Of a stretch of DNA of 64,000 nucleotides, positions 26,624-39,144 are shown piece by piece (within the stretch, counting starts at the first letter, position 1; every line of letters starts with the position of its first letter). Both the position numbers and the translations under genes were made by a program. The notes beneath the pieces were generated by a model that was not told the origin of the DNA, made no database searches, and worked only from the letters and a program-made list of their open reading frames with translations. Source of the DNA: Lophium mytilinum (lineage: Eukaryota). Location: the NCBI GenBank assembly GCA_010093605.1, contig MU004193.1:627520-691519 (forward strand), in the 5' to 3' direction.

Positions 26624-27995
26624 CTATGGAAGCACTTTCTTCAACGTCTCCACGAGCAGTGTGACTTCTTCTTCGGTGTTGTAGTGCACCATACTAACCC
26701 TAATCACTCCTTCCGATCCAAGCTTGAGGACCTCATCGCAAAGCCTCTTACTGTAGAAATGTCCCCATCGGAACCCAAAGTTGGATATCTTCTCCGCATC
26801 CTCTACGACCTTGCGGGAACTAATACCAGCCACCGTAAAGCTGATCGTGGGGACTCGTAGGGAAGAGTCAGAGCTAGTCTCACCGTGAATCGTGACATCT
26901 ATACGAGACGTGAGATACGTCAAAAGGGTCGATTGCAATTTCTCTTCGTGTTTGGCGATAGCTTCGAAGACCGGCTTCGGAGATTCGCCCCCGAGGTACG
27001 ATACAATCAGCGGAATAGACTGAGTAAGCTCGTAGTTTGCTCCTGCAAGTCCGATCTTGTCTTCTAACGTAGTCGTGGGGTTGAAGTAGTGACCCATGGG
27101 ATGGAGTCTATCCTGGACCGCGCTAGACACGTAGAGCGCAGCAATGTGAGGTCCATATACCTATCAAGCTGAGTCAATATCATGCAGTGGGTACTAAAAG
27201 CAGCTTTTATACTTTATACCACGAGAATCCGTAAAAGTCCACTCCCAGCTCTTTCACGTCAATCTGGCGGTGCGGCGCGTAGGCAACACCATCGACGCCA
27301 AAGAGTGCTCCCGGGACTGAGTGCACCATTTTCGCGATTGAGCGAATGTCGTGGATAGTTCCAAGGATGTTTGAGGAATGAGTACATGCGACGAACTTGG
27401 TCTTGGGTGAGAGAAGGGGCTTCAACGACTCGGGGGTCAGTTTGGGATTCACGGAGTTCGCTGGTGACCACCACTTGATAGTCATGTTGGAGCGTTTAGC
27501 CATGTCTAACCAGGGATCAATGTCGGATTCATGGTCGACTTTTGAGAGGATGATCTCGTCTCCGGCTTCGAAGTTCAGGGAGAATGAGAGGTTGCGGAAC
27601 AGCTGCGTTGTTGATGCGCCGAGGACTATGAGACGTGATGAGTATAGTAGTAGAAGATCTATTGCTTGAATGAAGAGAATTATCCAGCTTACCAACTTCC
27701 CCAGGATCGGCGTTCATGTACTTCGTTGCTGCATCGCATCCTGCGCCATACTTCGAGGTCGATTGCTGGCTTGCGTTGTAGGAAGCACCGAGCTGGACAT
27801 TGGTATTGGAAAGATATTTCGAGACTCTGAGTATTTGAGCATGCAGAATGGAAGGAACTAGTCTACATGTAAGACTAACGACTCAATCACTTCTCCTAGC
27901 ACCTGACTTCCACCGGCGTTATCAAAGTAGACCTGGTCTTGCTTCAAAGCGGGGAAGAAGTCACTGGCTTTCGTGACGTCAAATGTACCAGCCAT
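26624..27995 (-). CDS. PLP-dependent class-V aminotransferase / cysteine desulfurase-like protein
   Basis: Exons 27995-27880, 27826-27693, 27625-27213, 27160-26624. Motifs YFDNAGGSQ, DGVAYAPH, SWYKVYGPH (PLP lysine) and RVSMVHYN. Confidence 0.93.
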
Positions 27996-28213
27996 AGTCC
28001 AAGGGACGGAAAATCAAATAGAAATGAAAACCGTATGTCTTTGACAAAATGATAGTTGTTCAGTAGATTGATAGTGTGGGAATGGTCATTTTGACAGTTT
28101 ATAGGACATCAGGAATGAAAAGCTAAGCCCATAGCAGGAAGGTGGACAAGGATCCGCGCTAAGTGACATACGGATCTTTTTTACGCCCTTCTCCGTACAG
28201 ATTGCAACCTCCT

Positions 28214-28291
28214 GATGCGGCCTCAAAACACGCGATGCGGCCTCACGATGCGGCCTCAAACGACACGATGCGGTCTTGCGATGCGGCCTCA
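28214..28291. repeat. Five direct copies of GATGCGG(C/T)CT
   Basis: Copies at 28214, 28234, 28247, 28267 and 28280, lying 220-300 bp upstream of the PLP enzyme ATG. Confidence 0.85.
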
Positions 28292-28917
28292 TGATAGAGC
28301 AAAGGGTCGTTCCAATGAGCGTGTCTGAAATGTCGACATCGGTTTGATTATGCGGTTTTTAACTTCTTACGGATATGGACCGTTCCGTCATTGGTCATCT
28401 TCGACTCCATTATGACCCTTGATCCGAGGATGGAGTAGATCACTAGTAAGAAGAGAACAAAGCGTGAGAAAGCAGGCTGTTCCGCACGGCCTGACAACCA
28501 GCTGACGCGTCACCAGTATGGAAAGTGTACGTACAAACTACGAGCTATGGCTACCACAAAGGCCGGGATTCATAAATTAGAAACGGCAGGGTAAGATGAA
28601 GAGCTATAAAGACCGCCGGGGTTGCGATGCTTAGGAAAGATGGAGCAAACAAATTCACGTGAAGAACACGTGCTTGAAGGTTAAGTTCTATCTCACTCCC
28701 CGCCACACATACTGCCTCCGCTATCCGGCATCAGCTTCATTCAAACGGAGTCCAATCTCCACTATGTTGGCCTTTACAATTTTAACTTTTTTTTTTGATT
28801 TCTAAAACCTATCGGTGCACCCCAACACTTGTAAGAAGCGCCTAAACCTACCTATGTCTCGGTGCCTTAGGTAGCCGCTCTCGCGTTCACAAGGCCTTCA
28901 CGTTATGCCGTCGGTCG

Positions 28918-30168
28918 TCATGGCTTCATCTTCCATACCTTAGTCTCAAACTGCATGGCCAAGTTGAAACTAAAATCATCGTCCCAAGGCAGAATCTGCG
29001 TAGCGTATACCCACGCAAGCCCCAGCTCCCTATTAATCGCCCACACCAGATTTGGCATCCCGCTCCAACTCAAAGTTCCTTTTGGCTTGTAGTAGACGTC
29101 GGTTTTAATGTCTTCAACAGTTACCATAGCGCCGAGTCCGAAGTTCAAGATTGGTCGAATCCCTTCGTGGATCGTCCCGCCCACGAGACCACGACTTGTC
29201 AATGCCGCCTGTTTGTACTCCCCGTCATGAGGCTTACTCCCTACCTCAAACTGCGGCGTAAACATCATGTCCACCGTCTCTTTCTTCAGCAACGTCGGTG
29301 ACTCTTTCAGAAGATCTGCCAGGACGCGAGTATAGTCAGGAACAGAAGTGTGCAAGCCAGCACCGCCCAGTTCATCAACGATAGGTCTCTCTGATACGAA
29401 GTTCGCTGGTCCAGTAACAAATTTCCCATCCGGCATTCTCAGAGATATTGGCATCAATCTCTCTTCAACGGACGGCTTCTGGTCCAATCTCCAAGTCGTC
29501 GACTCCATCTTCAGAGGCGTGAAGATATTCTCCTCGCAATACTCCCCAAGCGTCGTTTTGTTGAGTCTTCCGACGAGGAATCCGGCCCAATCTATTGATG
29601 GTCCGTATGACCACGACTCACCGGCCTCGAAAATCCGTGGGTGCCCGAATGCCTTTAGGATATCTGGCTTCGTAGCCATCGACTCTTCCCCACGGGAAGC
29701 GCGCCACGCCATGACAGTGGGGTCCATAACGTCGTAGCAAACCCCGCTCGTGTGGGTCAATAAATGCCGCAGGGTGATATTATTTGTAGCTTCTTTAAGC
29801 ATGAACGGCTGCTCAGCATTTTCAGCTGGTTCAATCAATGGCAATGCTGCAAGTTCTGGTAGTAGCTTATCCGTTGGCTCGTCGAGAGTGATCTGGCCTC
29901 GCTCCACGCACTGGAGTGCCGCAATGGTAGTGATGAGCTTCGTGAAGGATGCCACACTGAAAGTGGTGTCGAATTGGATTGGAGCAGCGTCTTCTTCGAC
30001 GGAAAGATAACCAGCCGTCTCCTTGAAGACGTAGTCTCCTGTAATACTTCTTAATATCTCCGACAAGCAAGGATCTCAATAGGCTTCCCTACCGTCCTTA
30101 TTCACTACAGCCATAACCACGCCGGGAACTCCGTTCGACCCTTTGGCAGTCGCCTTCTCAATATCCAT
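28918..30168 (-). CDS. Serine beta-lactamase family protein (LovD/EstB-like esterase or transesterase)
   Basis: Exons 30168-30093 and 30038-28918. Motifs ASFTK (SxxK), LRHLLTHTSG, WSYG and WSGMPN. Confidence 0.92.
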
Positions 30169-31322
30169 TTTTGCAAGGGAATTTTATCGATAAATTCCAA
30201 GCAAGAGTTGTACTTATGTTTCAAAAAATTGTCAAATGGAAATTTGGAGGTTGACTTCCGGCGTTGGCGACTTCCCACCCGGAGAGCAGATCCCATCTTT
30301 ATACACAAGTCATCATGTCCAAGTCATTACGCTACCTACGGTATTCAATTGGCTGGACACTATTGTCTCAAATATACTTCAGGCCAAAGTGGTACCATTG
30401 GCATGTATAGACTAGCGCTGCGGAGTTAATAAGCGGCTTTCCGCAGGGCGATCGCCGCTTCTCCGCAGCTTACCTTTTTGGGACCACTGATTAGAATATA
30501 CAAGCTTAGGAAAACACCCCGGCAGCTGGCCGATCGGGTGTAGCACGGTAGCACTGCACGTGCGTATTCTAGGATAATCCTAAAGCGTGATTGGAATCAA
30601 TTATTTTGTATTTCATATCCAAGGCAATCTTGTTTATAACCCACTACTTCTTCAGGGTAATCCTGACCAGCCACCCTACATCATACATCTCTCTCTCTTC
30701 TCGTCTACTTGTGAAGTTGCGCCCACATCATCTGGCATGGCAACTTCCTCTTCGGAAACATCAAACGCTCCATACAAAGTCGCTCCCAGCGGCTCACGGT
30801 ACGCCTCCGGATCGTCATCCTCTAACGAGAATTTCACGTCTATGAATCTCCGTCTTCTATTCCAAGGTCTCACAAGCTCATAATATTCAAATTGCGTCTT
30901 TTCGTCGCTCTTTCCTGCCTACCCTTCGTAAATATTCCCATATTCAATTCCTTCCCATCCTCTCTCCATTCTATCACCGCTAGTACGGTCCCTGTAACAA
31001 CAGTAGCAACATGCCCAATATTCGACTATACGCTTGGTATCAGCTCTTTGTCGGTTTCGACGAGCGGGGCATAAATCATCGGGATTTGGAAAAAGAAGTG
31101 GGTGCCTCTGAGGGAGATACCGGAGTATATTAAAAATAACGAGGTGTCAGCTTGGTGATGTTTATCAATTGGAGATCTTGAGGTTTAACAGGTTGTTGAA
31201 GAACTAGAAATGAGATCGAGTTGCTCAACGGGAAATTAGCCGACGTCCACGGGCTAACACGAGGCAGAACCGCATGACTGAGCAAGGCCGATCATATTCT
31301 ATCTTAGCCAAGTAGGTCTAGA

Positions 31323-32438
31323 TCACACCACGGTTTTCGCCCCCAAAGAGGCATCTACAAACTCAAGATACTGAGCCGTGAAATCCTTGATACCCTCCTC
31401 ATAAGACTTGAACTTGATCCCAAACACCTTCTCCGTCTCGCTCGCATCACATAAGACCCTCTGACTATCATGGAATCCCGTGCAAGGCAAAGTCCCGTCA
31501 GCCACACGCTCCGGAAAGAACTTCTTCACCACATCCAACGCATCCGCAATCTTGATCTCCCCAGGTGGTCCAGTGCTGATCATATAAGCCCTATTCCCCG
31601 GAATACTTAGATCCGTCGCCGCCTTGAGGTGCACAGCAGCCACATCGTCCACATGGCACGTCGCCGCCGGCCCAATATTCATCTTATTCCCCAGCACCTG
31701 CCCAAACCCTATCGTATTCGACCCATGCATAAGACTTCCTAACTCCTCCGCCGCCTCATTGCGCCCAAAGACAAACGCCGGCAGCACCGTCACGACCTCG
31801 AAACGCGGCTTCTCCATCTCAACAAACGCCTCAGTCGCCGCGAGCGCAGCGATCTTGGACGCGCTGTAGGCCTGGAATTCGCCGTCGGGGTACTCGGTCT
31901 CGAACGGCGCGCGGTCGGCCGCGGTGTACACTTTGTCGGTCGACTCGCGGAACCAGTATTTCCATTCGAGGACGACGGAGACTGAGGACGTGATTACGAC
32001 GCGTTTGATGGATGGGGTTTTGAGCGCGGAGTAGAGCAGTGATGTTGTTCCTTTTCGCGCGGGTTCTACGAGTTGAGCGGCATATTCTGATGGTGCGAGG
32101 CCTTGGCCTGGTATTGTACTCGCAGTGTGACTATGCGGGAGGTTGTGTCAGCGATTTGGTTACGATATGGGACATCGAGCGTGGACTTGCATGACATATG
32201 TTACACCTTTGAGGGCGTCGTCGAAGGCGCCGTCTATGGTTATGTCTTCTATTACTGGCGTCTCAAGGCGCGCGTCAGCGGCGAAGCTGGCGATATACTT
32301 GTTCGATCGAAGACTATGTGCTTTTGCTTCTGATCGGACTGGTGCGCGGACGTGATATCCGGCTTCGAGAGCGAGGCCGAGTATCTTTATCCCTATGAAA
32401 CCGGTAGCCCCGGTGATCAGAAGAAGTTCTGAGGCCAT
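31323..32438 (-). CDS. NAD(P)-dependent epimerase/dehydratase family reductase (aldehyde reductase II-like)
   Basis: Exons 32438-32191 and 32130-31323 joined by a GC-AG intron. Motifs TGATGFIG, VIHTAS, KRVVITSS and YSASK; 351 aa. Confidence 0.9.
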
Positions 32439-33494
32439 GACGAGCGGTCAGATGTGAATAACGATCAGAATTGGAAAAGTTGACAAATTTAAATCTTGAA
32501 AGCTTCTCTCGGGTGGTACAAGGGTAAGTCTTTATGTATAGTAATCTGCGACATAGGCTTAGCTTAAGATGTACGTATCGCGTTCTGCTCTAAAATAGCT
32601 TCCTTTCAGATAGCGCTGGCGGCCTAGAAGTAAGCTCGGTCAATATTTCGGGGTGGAACACCACTCTCAACCTATCACCTGTTAGTGACGAGCTTTAATT
32701 GCGGAGCACCCATGCCCTAGCCGCTATTTTAGCCTTGTCTTAATTAGTCAATTCTCGCGACCTCTAGCCTTTAAGGTATAAGGACAGTGGATTGACCAGG
32801 GATGCGGGGGTGGCTATAACTGTACGGCCGTACTTTTGTCCGTGGAGCTGGCTTTGCTTACAACGATACTACGCATAAAGCACAATTATGCAGCCTACTC
32901 GCAGCCCAAACGTCTTAGTATTGTCGTCAAAATCTTACATTATTACTTCATTCCTAATTGATTGCTTGCATCTAACTGCGAGAGAGGCGTTGTAAGCGCT
33001 TGCTGTCATTTCGTCCAAGACTGCTGACATGGAAGTAGCATTTAGACAAATCTAGTAATACATGCCCAAAACCGATAGCTCTGCCAAACAGGATAACAAC
33101 GCCTAGGGTGCAGGCGAATCTCGGATGTGGGTGCAAGACGTATGTGGCATCGCGTCCAGGAGCACTCTCGTGCGGCTTGCGTCAACTCTATAGGCCGGAA
33201 GTGATACTGTTATGTCAAGCGCGTATCGTTTCGCCGTTTGCGACGGCTATACAGCATCTTCCTGTATCCCGTGACCCAGCACAGATTTGACGCCACAAGC
33301 GAACAGGAGGAAGTAAATCAGGGGAATCGCTTCTATCGACATGTCGTACCGACATCGAGCTCAGTATCCTAAAGCTGAGTACTCTCAGCCATTACGCTTA
33401 ATGTGATTACCCCTCAATGAAGGCTGACTCTGTGGCTTGATTTTCGCGCTACACGCTAGGTTACCGGACGTAAGAAGCTGCTGTAGTATCGACT

Positions 33495-34437
33495 TCAGCC
33501 TTGACTTCCGAATTTCAATGGTTCTGCAAGGACCCCATCCGAGTCCCTTTGCGTGAAATCGACGTCTTGGGCAGTTACAGGCTTGCTACGCCGGCCGGCC
33601 TTCAAATCAGCTTGTCGTTGTTTGATTAAGTCTAGCATCATCTTGGCACCCAATGCCTTCTTCCTTCCAGGATGCGGTACAAAGGACTGGATCAAGCTTG
33701 AGTCACTGACGCGCCCCAGATCCAGTTCTATGAGATGTGTCGTTTCCCGCCATTCTCTAAGGGTGTTCGGAGTCGAGGTGCTCGGAGCCGAGTCGTCACG
33801 GTTCAATGGAGCATGTTGGGGTTGAGGAGTGGCTTCATCATCTGTCGGAGGGCTGAGCGTGTCTGGCCTGCTGTTTCCGCGTCTCTGTCGACTCTTCGTT
33901 CTCAAAAGGCGTAGCTCGGGGTCAATGCACGGCCTTTCTATCGCCGAGTCGTAGCAAGACGCGGTTCGGCGCAGTTTCTCGCCAAGATCATCATCTGTAT
34001 CCATGGCTCCAGTCGCACAGGCGACTTTGAGAAGCTCCTCTAGTTCCATAGAGATGTCTGAGATCACTCGTAGTAGCTCGTCGCATCTTTGCTCTTGAGA
34101 AGCAGTAGCGCGCTCTTTTCGTTCTCGGTATTTTTTCTGCGCACTTCGAATCTGGGCCCGGCGTTTCTGATCCGAGTGTCATTAAATACTATGGGAAGGT
34201 AAATTTGTCATCAATATAGCTGAAGCATCTTACATCTTTGCCTGCGTCATCGTTGTTTTGTGCTTTTCGTGGTCTACCCCTCCCTTTCGGTTTCTCAACC
34301 GGTCCACTTGGGGTTTCTGAACCGGGCTGCTGTTCTAATGTTGTTCCAAATGCCTTGTCAATGGGTTCAAACCAGTGGCCGTAACCAAACAAGGATCCTT
34401 CAAGCACCTTCTCCACCCCTGATTTGTCCGCGCTCAT
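33495..34437 (-). CDS. bZIP-type transcription factor with AT-hook
   Basis: Exons 34437-34234 and 34166-33495 give KGRGRPRK followed by the basic region KRRAQIRSAQKKYRERKE and a short zipper. Start codon and 3' end are uncertain. Confidence 0.75.
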
Positions 34438-34640
34438 ATTAGAACTACGGAGAATCGAAACAACGTCGCGAGATGGAAAGATATGATTCTGAAGCATCAA
34501 GATTTGATTGTTTGCAAATAATGAGAAAACGGATTTGACAGAGATGTATGTTGAGCGAGGATGCATGATCAATAATCAGAACACGTCAGCCGAGGACGTC
34601 GGTTCGGATCGCGGAGAAACTCGATCGCCGACCTGGCTAT

Positions 34641-35190
34641 CTGGTTCAAAGTTCACCTGCGAAACTTTGAGCCAGATCACGGCCATGGCCGAAAGAGGAA
34701 GGTTTCAGGAAACCGTGGAGCACAGATGCAAATTTGGACCAGAATTTGAAATTTTGCACCAGAATTTGAACTTGAAACCGGCCTGCAAACTTTGAATCAG
34801 ATCACGTGCAGAGCTGAAATAGGCCATCCTTTCTTTGAGGATAGACTTTACTTACTTAACAAAGTCCGTTAATAGTGCAGATTGTCTTCGTGCTTAATAA
34901 CGTTAATGCTGTAGCCTACCTAGGAGTCTTTTATTCTCTATATGGCACGTGACCTGGTTCAAAGTTTGCAGATTCTGGTTCAAACTTTCGCAATTCCGGT
35001 CCAAACTTTACATCTGTGCTCCACGGTTTCCTGGAACCTTCCTCATTTGGCAATGCACGTGATCTGGTTCAAACTTTCGCAGTTCTGGTTCAAACTTTCG
35101 CAATTCTGGTTCAAACTTTGCATCTGTGCTCCACGGTTTCCTAGAACCTTCCTTATCTGGCAATTCACGTGATTTGGTTCAAAGTTTGTA
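34641..35190. repeat. Composite inverted + tandem repeat element (110-bp units with CACGTG and ~21-bp subrepeats)
   Basis: Direct units start at 34946, 35056 and 35166 (partial); an inverted copy spans ~34810-34657. Confidence 0.9.
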
Positions 35191-35817
35191 TGCTGGGGTA
35201 TATAGAAATAAGAAGATAGGTGGTCCAGTACCGAGTGGTAATATATAAGTTTGGGCACTCCCTGGGAAACTTAGAGTACTCCCGGGTATGCTATGAAGAA
35301 TCCAAACACGATGTATAGATCAAAGGAATGGATATCAGCCTACCTCTTGACCAACCGAACGCAGATTGGCTAGGGCACTCCTGACAGTGGTGTCGAGAGA
35401 GCAAGATTGGAGGCGAATCAGTGCTTTATCTGTGTGGCTAGATTGATGACCTGGCACCTCCCTATACCTTCGAAACAGCAGATGATTGAAGTGCAATGCA
35501 CGAGTTGCAGACTTTACGATTCAGTCATGATACACTGTTGAGAAGAAAGGTATGACATGAATTGTAGACAAGAGCTGCTTGCTCAAGACAGTTACTATAT
35601 ACTCCATTTGCATACAACCAAACTACCATGATCATAGTCGTTTGAATTCCGAGCTACAAGCAAGTGAGTACTGTAAAGACCTTCATATTAGGCCACGTAC
35701 TGTAAGCCACACAATACCTCATACCGACAAAGCTCGGGGGAACCATAGCCATGGCTATGCACCCGCAGTTCCACTCCGCGACCCCGTTGATCCTCACGCC
35801 GTGTCCTCGCGGTCCCT

Positions 35818-37602
35818 CTAATCAGGGTCTGTGCCAGACTTCCGCCTCCTGAGAAGATCAAAGTCGGCCCTCAATCGACGGCGTTTATTTGACAACTTCT
35901 TAATCCTGAGGTCCGACTCGATCTTCTTCCGTTTGGCCTCTTCGTTGGCTCTGTTCTGGATAGCCTCTTTTTCAGCGTCAATGAGTGCCCGAGCCGCTTC
36001 TTCCTCGATTCTAGCGTCCTCCAGATCAGTTGAATCAAGGATCATCTTTAAAAAGTCGCCATCTTTGCGCTCCTCGTCCGTGATGCCCATTGTTGGAGTC
36101 TCCGACCGGCGGTTCTGGCCAGCATGCTCACGCACCGGGCTCTCCTCGTCGATGTTGTGGAGCTGTCCAAAAGGCTGGGTATGCGCGCGAGAAGCACGGT
36201 CGCTCGCAATCGTAGCCAAATTTTCCGTGTAGGCGCGAGTGAGTTGACGAGGTGCTGAGGACCGCGAGGTTGCGCGCGGGAGATTGGCAGAGCGCGTGCG
36301 TCCTAGAGCCACCTCTGGTGCGGGGCTAACAGTCACGGTTCTCATACGCTTCGTAACCTGCTGGATCTGATCGTCGGTCTCGATAGATGGTAAGATAGCC
36401 GGCAGCACGGGATACTCTTCGTCTTCGTCAGGCGTTTCACGCTGCCGATACGGCTTTCGCAGAGTTGGGGCCCGCTTGCGCTTCAGGATCGGCATAGCTG
36501 GGGGCACGCTGGACGTGGGGAATCGGTGCTGGCGAGACGGTTGTTGAGGGACGCGGCGTGGTTTTTGGTCTAAGTTCCGTTTCCAGTCTGGAGCGTAGCC
36601 GGAGGCGTCATCTCGGTCTTTCTCTGAGGCACGAGGGCGGCTGATCCAGTCTGGAATTCAATTAGTGTGGCCCTCTTGCGCGCTTTTGTCCACTTACTAT
36701 AGTCGCGGTAGTACCAGATGTACCGGTTGAGAACACCCCGAGGGCTCTGAAGGGCTGCGAAGCTGTATCCAGACGTTGGCACCTCGTGGACGGCTCCGGT
36801 GGTGTCGAGTCTAATTATGGTAAGAATAAAACTACAACCAGTATACACGCGACTCGGCTTACTTGGTATAGTACTCTATGCCATTGTAATAGTTGAACGT
36901 CGTCGTTACTGGGTTCTCTTGACGAACACACCAAGGCAGAACGTTCTGGCGGATCCGGCCATAATTAGGCAGCTGGGGAAGGTCTTTCTCTGCGCGTCCA
37001 AGCTGAACGTCGACGGTGATTTTTCCAACAAAGTTATGTTGGTGGATCTCGTGTTCTTCTGATAGCTTATACTGAGGATCTTTGTGTTATTAGAAGGCTG
37101 TTCGGCATAATATAACAGGTAAGATAGGATAGCACATACCAGAAATAAGATCAGCGAACTTGAAGGTTGCTTTCTGCAACTCGTCCTTCTCTTCACCAGT
37201 TCCGGTGGCATGCTTAGTCCTTAGTACGCAGTCCATGAGAACATACTTCTTTGCGGAAGATGTAGACTGGTTACGGGGTTCGAGCTCTGCGTAAGGAACA
37301 AACCGCTCGAAGTGCAGCGTGTACGCCCTCTCGTCTCGATCTCCATCGATAGTGATCGAGACGAGGACGCCGCCGTCTTCAGTCATTTTGCGGAAGGTAT
37401 GGGGAGGAATATTGACCTCAATACCGTACTGCTCGTTGGCTTGAACAGCAATGGAGGCCTTACGGGCGTATATCTTGACCGCGTTGGCAACATGACCTGG
37501 TACGTTAGGGCTCCCAGATTGAATAGACCCGGCCTCCTCCTCTTTGAAGCGGTTGCCGTTCCGGCGAACAACAAAGGCAGAGATGCCGGTTTCTCCTATC
37601 AT
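35818..37602 (-). CDS. Hypothetical protein, DUF7918-like N-terminal domain plus C-terminal coiled coil (534 aa)
   Basis: Four phase-consistent exons: 37602-37140, 37058-36863, 36810-36698, 36650-35818. Motifs SITIDG, FKF, GKITVDV and YIWYYRD. The domain name is from recall. Confidence 0.7.
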
Positions 37603-37649
37603 CTTGGAGGTTGTTTGTTGGAGTGATGATCGATGGTGTCAAAATCTTG

Positions 37650-37727
37650 GTCGAAAGTTGGATGTAGAGAAGTCTGGTCGAAAATTTCGTCGAGAGTTAG
37701 ATGTAGGAAACTTTGGTCGAAAATTTC
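37650..37727. repeat. 39-bp tandem duplication
   Basis: GTCGAAAGTTGGATGTAGAGAAGTCTGGTCGAAAATTTC followed by GTCGAGAGTTAGATGTAGGAAACTTTGGTCGAAAATTTC. Confidence 0.8.
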
Positions 37728-39144
37728 GTGGCCGCTGACTTTGAGTACGTTCGTCATGGCAGATCTTTGGTGAATGCAATCGCCTTGGATCATGTGGCGG
37801 GCTTCGAACGCCGTCCAAACCCGCTGGTCCCCGAGCTCCCTATCACAGCTTATCAGCTCCAGCTTTTCCACGCACGCCTCACTGGAGAGGCGTAGAAGCT
37901 CGTTCCTATCTGCTAGCTTTGTTGTACAGATGTTGCTATTCGATAGGGACCTAGATATAAAACCTCAGCTCGTGCTAGTTAAGGACAGCTCCGCGCATGA
38001 GATGAGAATCAAAACAGTTTCTCTAGTATCCTGCGGGCGTTGATAAAAGGATATGCCGCCCCCGAGGGAGCAGAGGCTTAAGGAAATCTCAAAGCTCCAT
38101 GCCTTGATAGAAGGATATGTGGATCGGGAGCTGATTGATACGGCAGAAGAGCAGTCATCCCGAGGCCACCGAAGAGTTGACGTCACTTCTAGACCTATTT
38201 GAGGACGCTCATTGGGCTTTGAGATACCCCAGGCCCAGCTAAAATGGGAATTAGAAGAGGGTAAATCTAACGATCCTGGAATAAACACAATCGAGATAGG
38301 AATTGATATACTTTAGGTGAGCCTGTGCCGCCTGCAAGCTTTTCTTAGATGTTATGAGATGAAAGAATACAAGCCAAATTGGGGTCTCTCCCACAAAATG
38401 CTCGCAATTTAATGCAATATTAGTAGGATTGCCGTTTCAGTTTAAGAATACAACGTAAGCTATAACTCTATCACCAGATGGTTACGAGGTTCGGGAGCCT
38501 GTTAGCATCTGGAATCGCGATGAGGTGGAGTGCGTCGTAGATGCTCAGAGGAGATGTGTTTACTTTGATGGTACAAACCCGTTCCGCTACTTTGACCTTC
38601 ATAGCGTTAAATTGCAGGCTGCAGCATCCGGAATAGGCCAGAACACGACGGTTATATATATGAACACCCTGTTTGCTACCCAGGTGATTGCTGTAGGTGT
38701 AGGCGATTGCTGTAGGGTGATTGTCATAATCCAACAGCGTGGGCATCAACTTTCGACATGGGCGACTGATGCTGACTGGAAGGCTGGACGGCAAGGAGAC
38801 TGCAAAGGGTGGCGAAGTCCTCTCATAGAACTTGACCAAGGATAATACTTGGAACAATGTTGATTGCCTTCGGTAGTAGCGTTGAAAAGGGCATACTTAG
38901 GTCCGTGACAGAACGGCAATGAACTCGTAGCAACCCAGCCGAGACCCCCATCAGGAGATCTACCCGAATCTCAATAGCTCGTTTCAATACTCGCCGGGTA
39001 GCATCAGCGGGGGAGTGATGGACAAAAACGGACGAGAAAGATTCGACGTGATGCCCAGGATAACGACAATGCGCTGGAAGAAGTCTGTAAACGGTAGCTA
39101 ACGTGTATGAAAAGATAAGCAATCGCCCCTTGAGATGACATATA

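Noticed and set aside
26695..26703. TAACCCTAA telomere/telomerase-template-like motif
   Set aside because: A single occurrence inside a coding exon.
30676..31080. Small minus-strand gene or pseudogene
   Set aside because: The reading frame is interrupted by TAG at 30921-30919, with no consistent splice model and no recognisable family.
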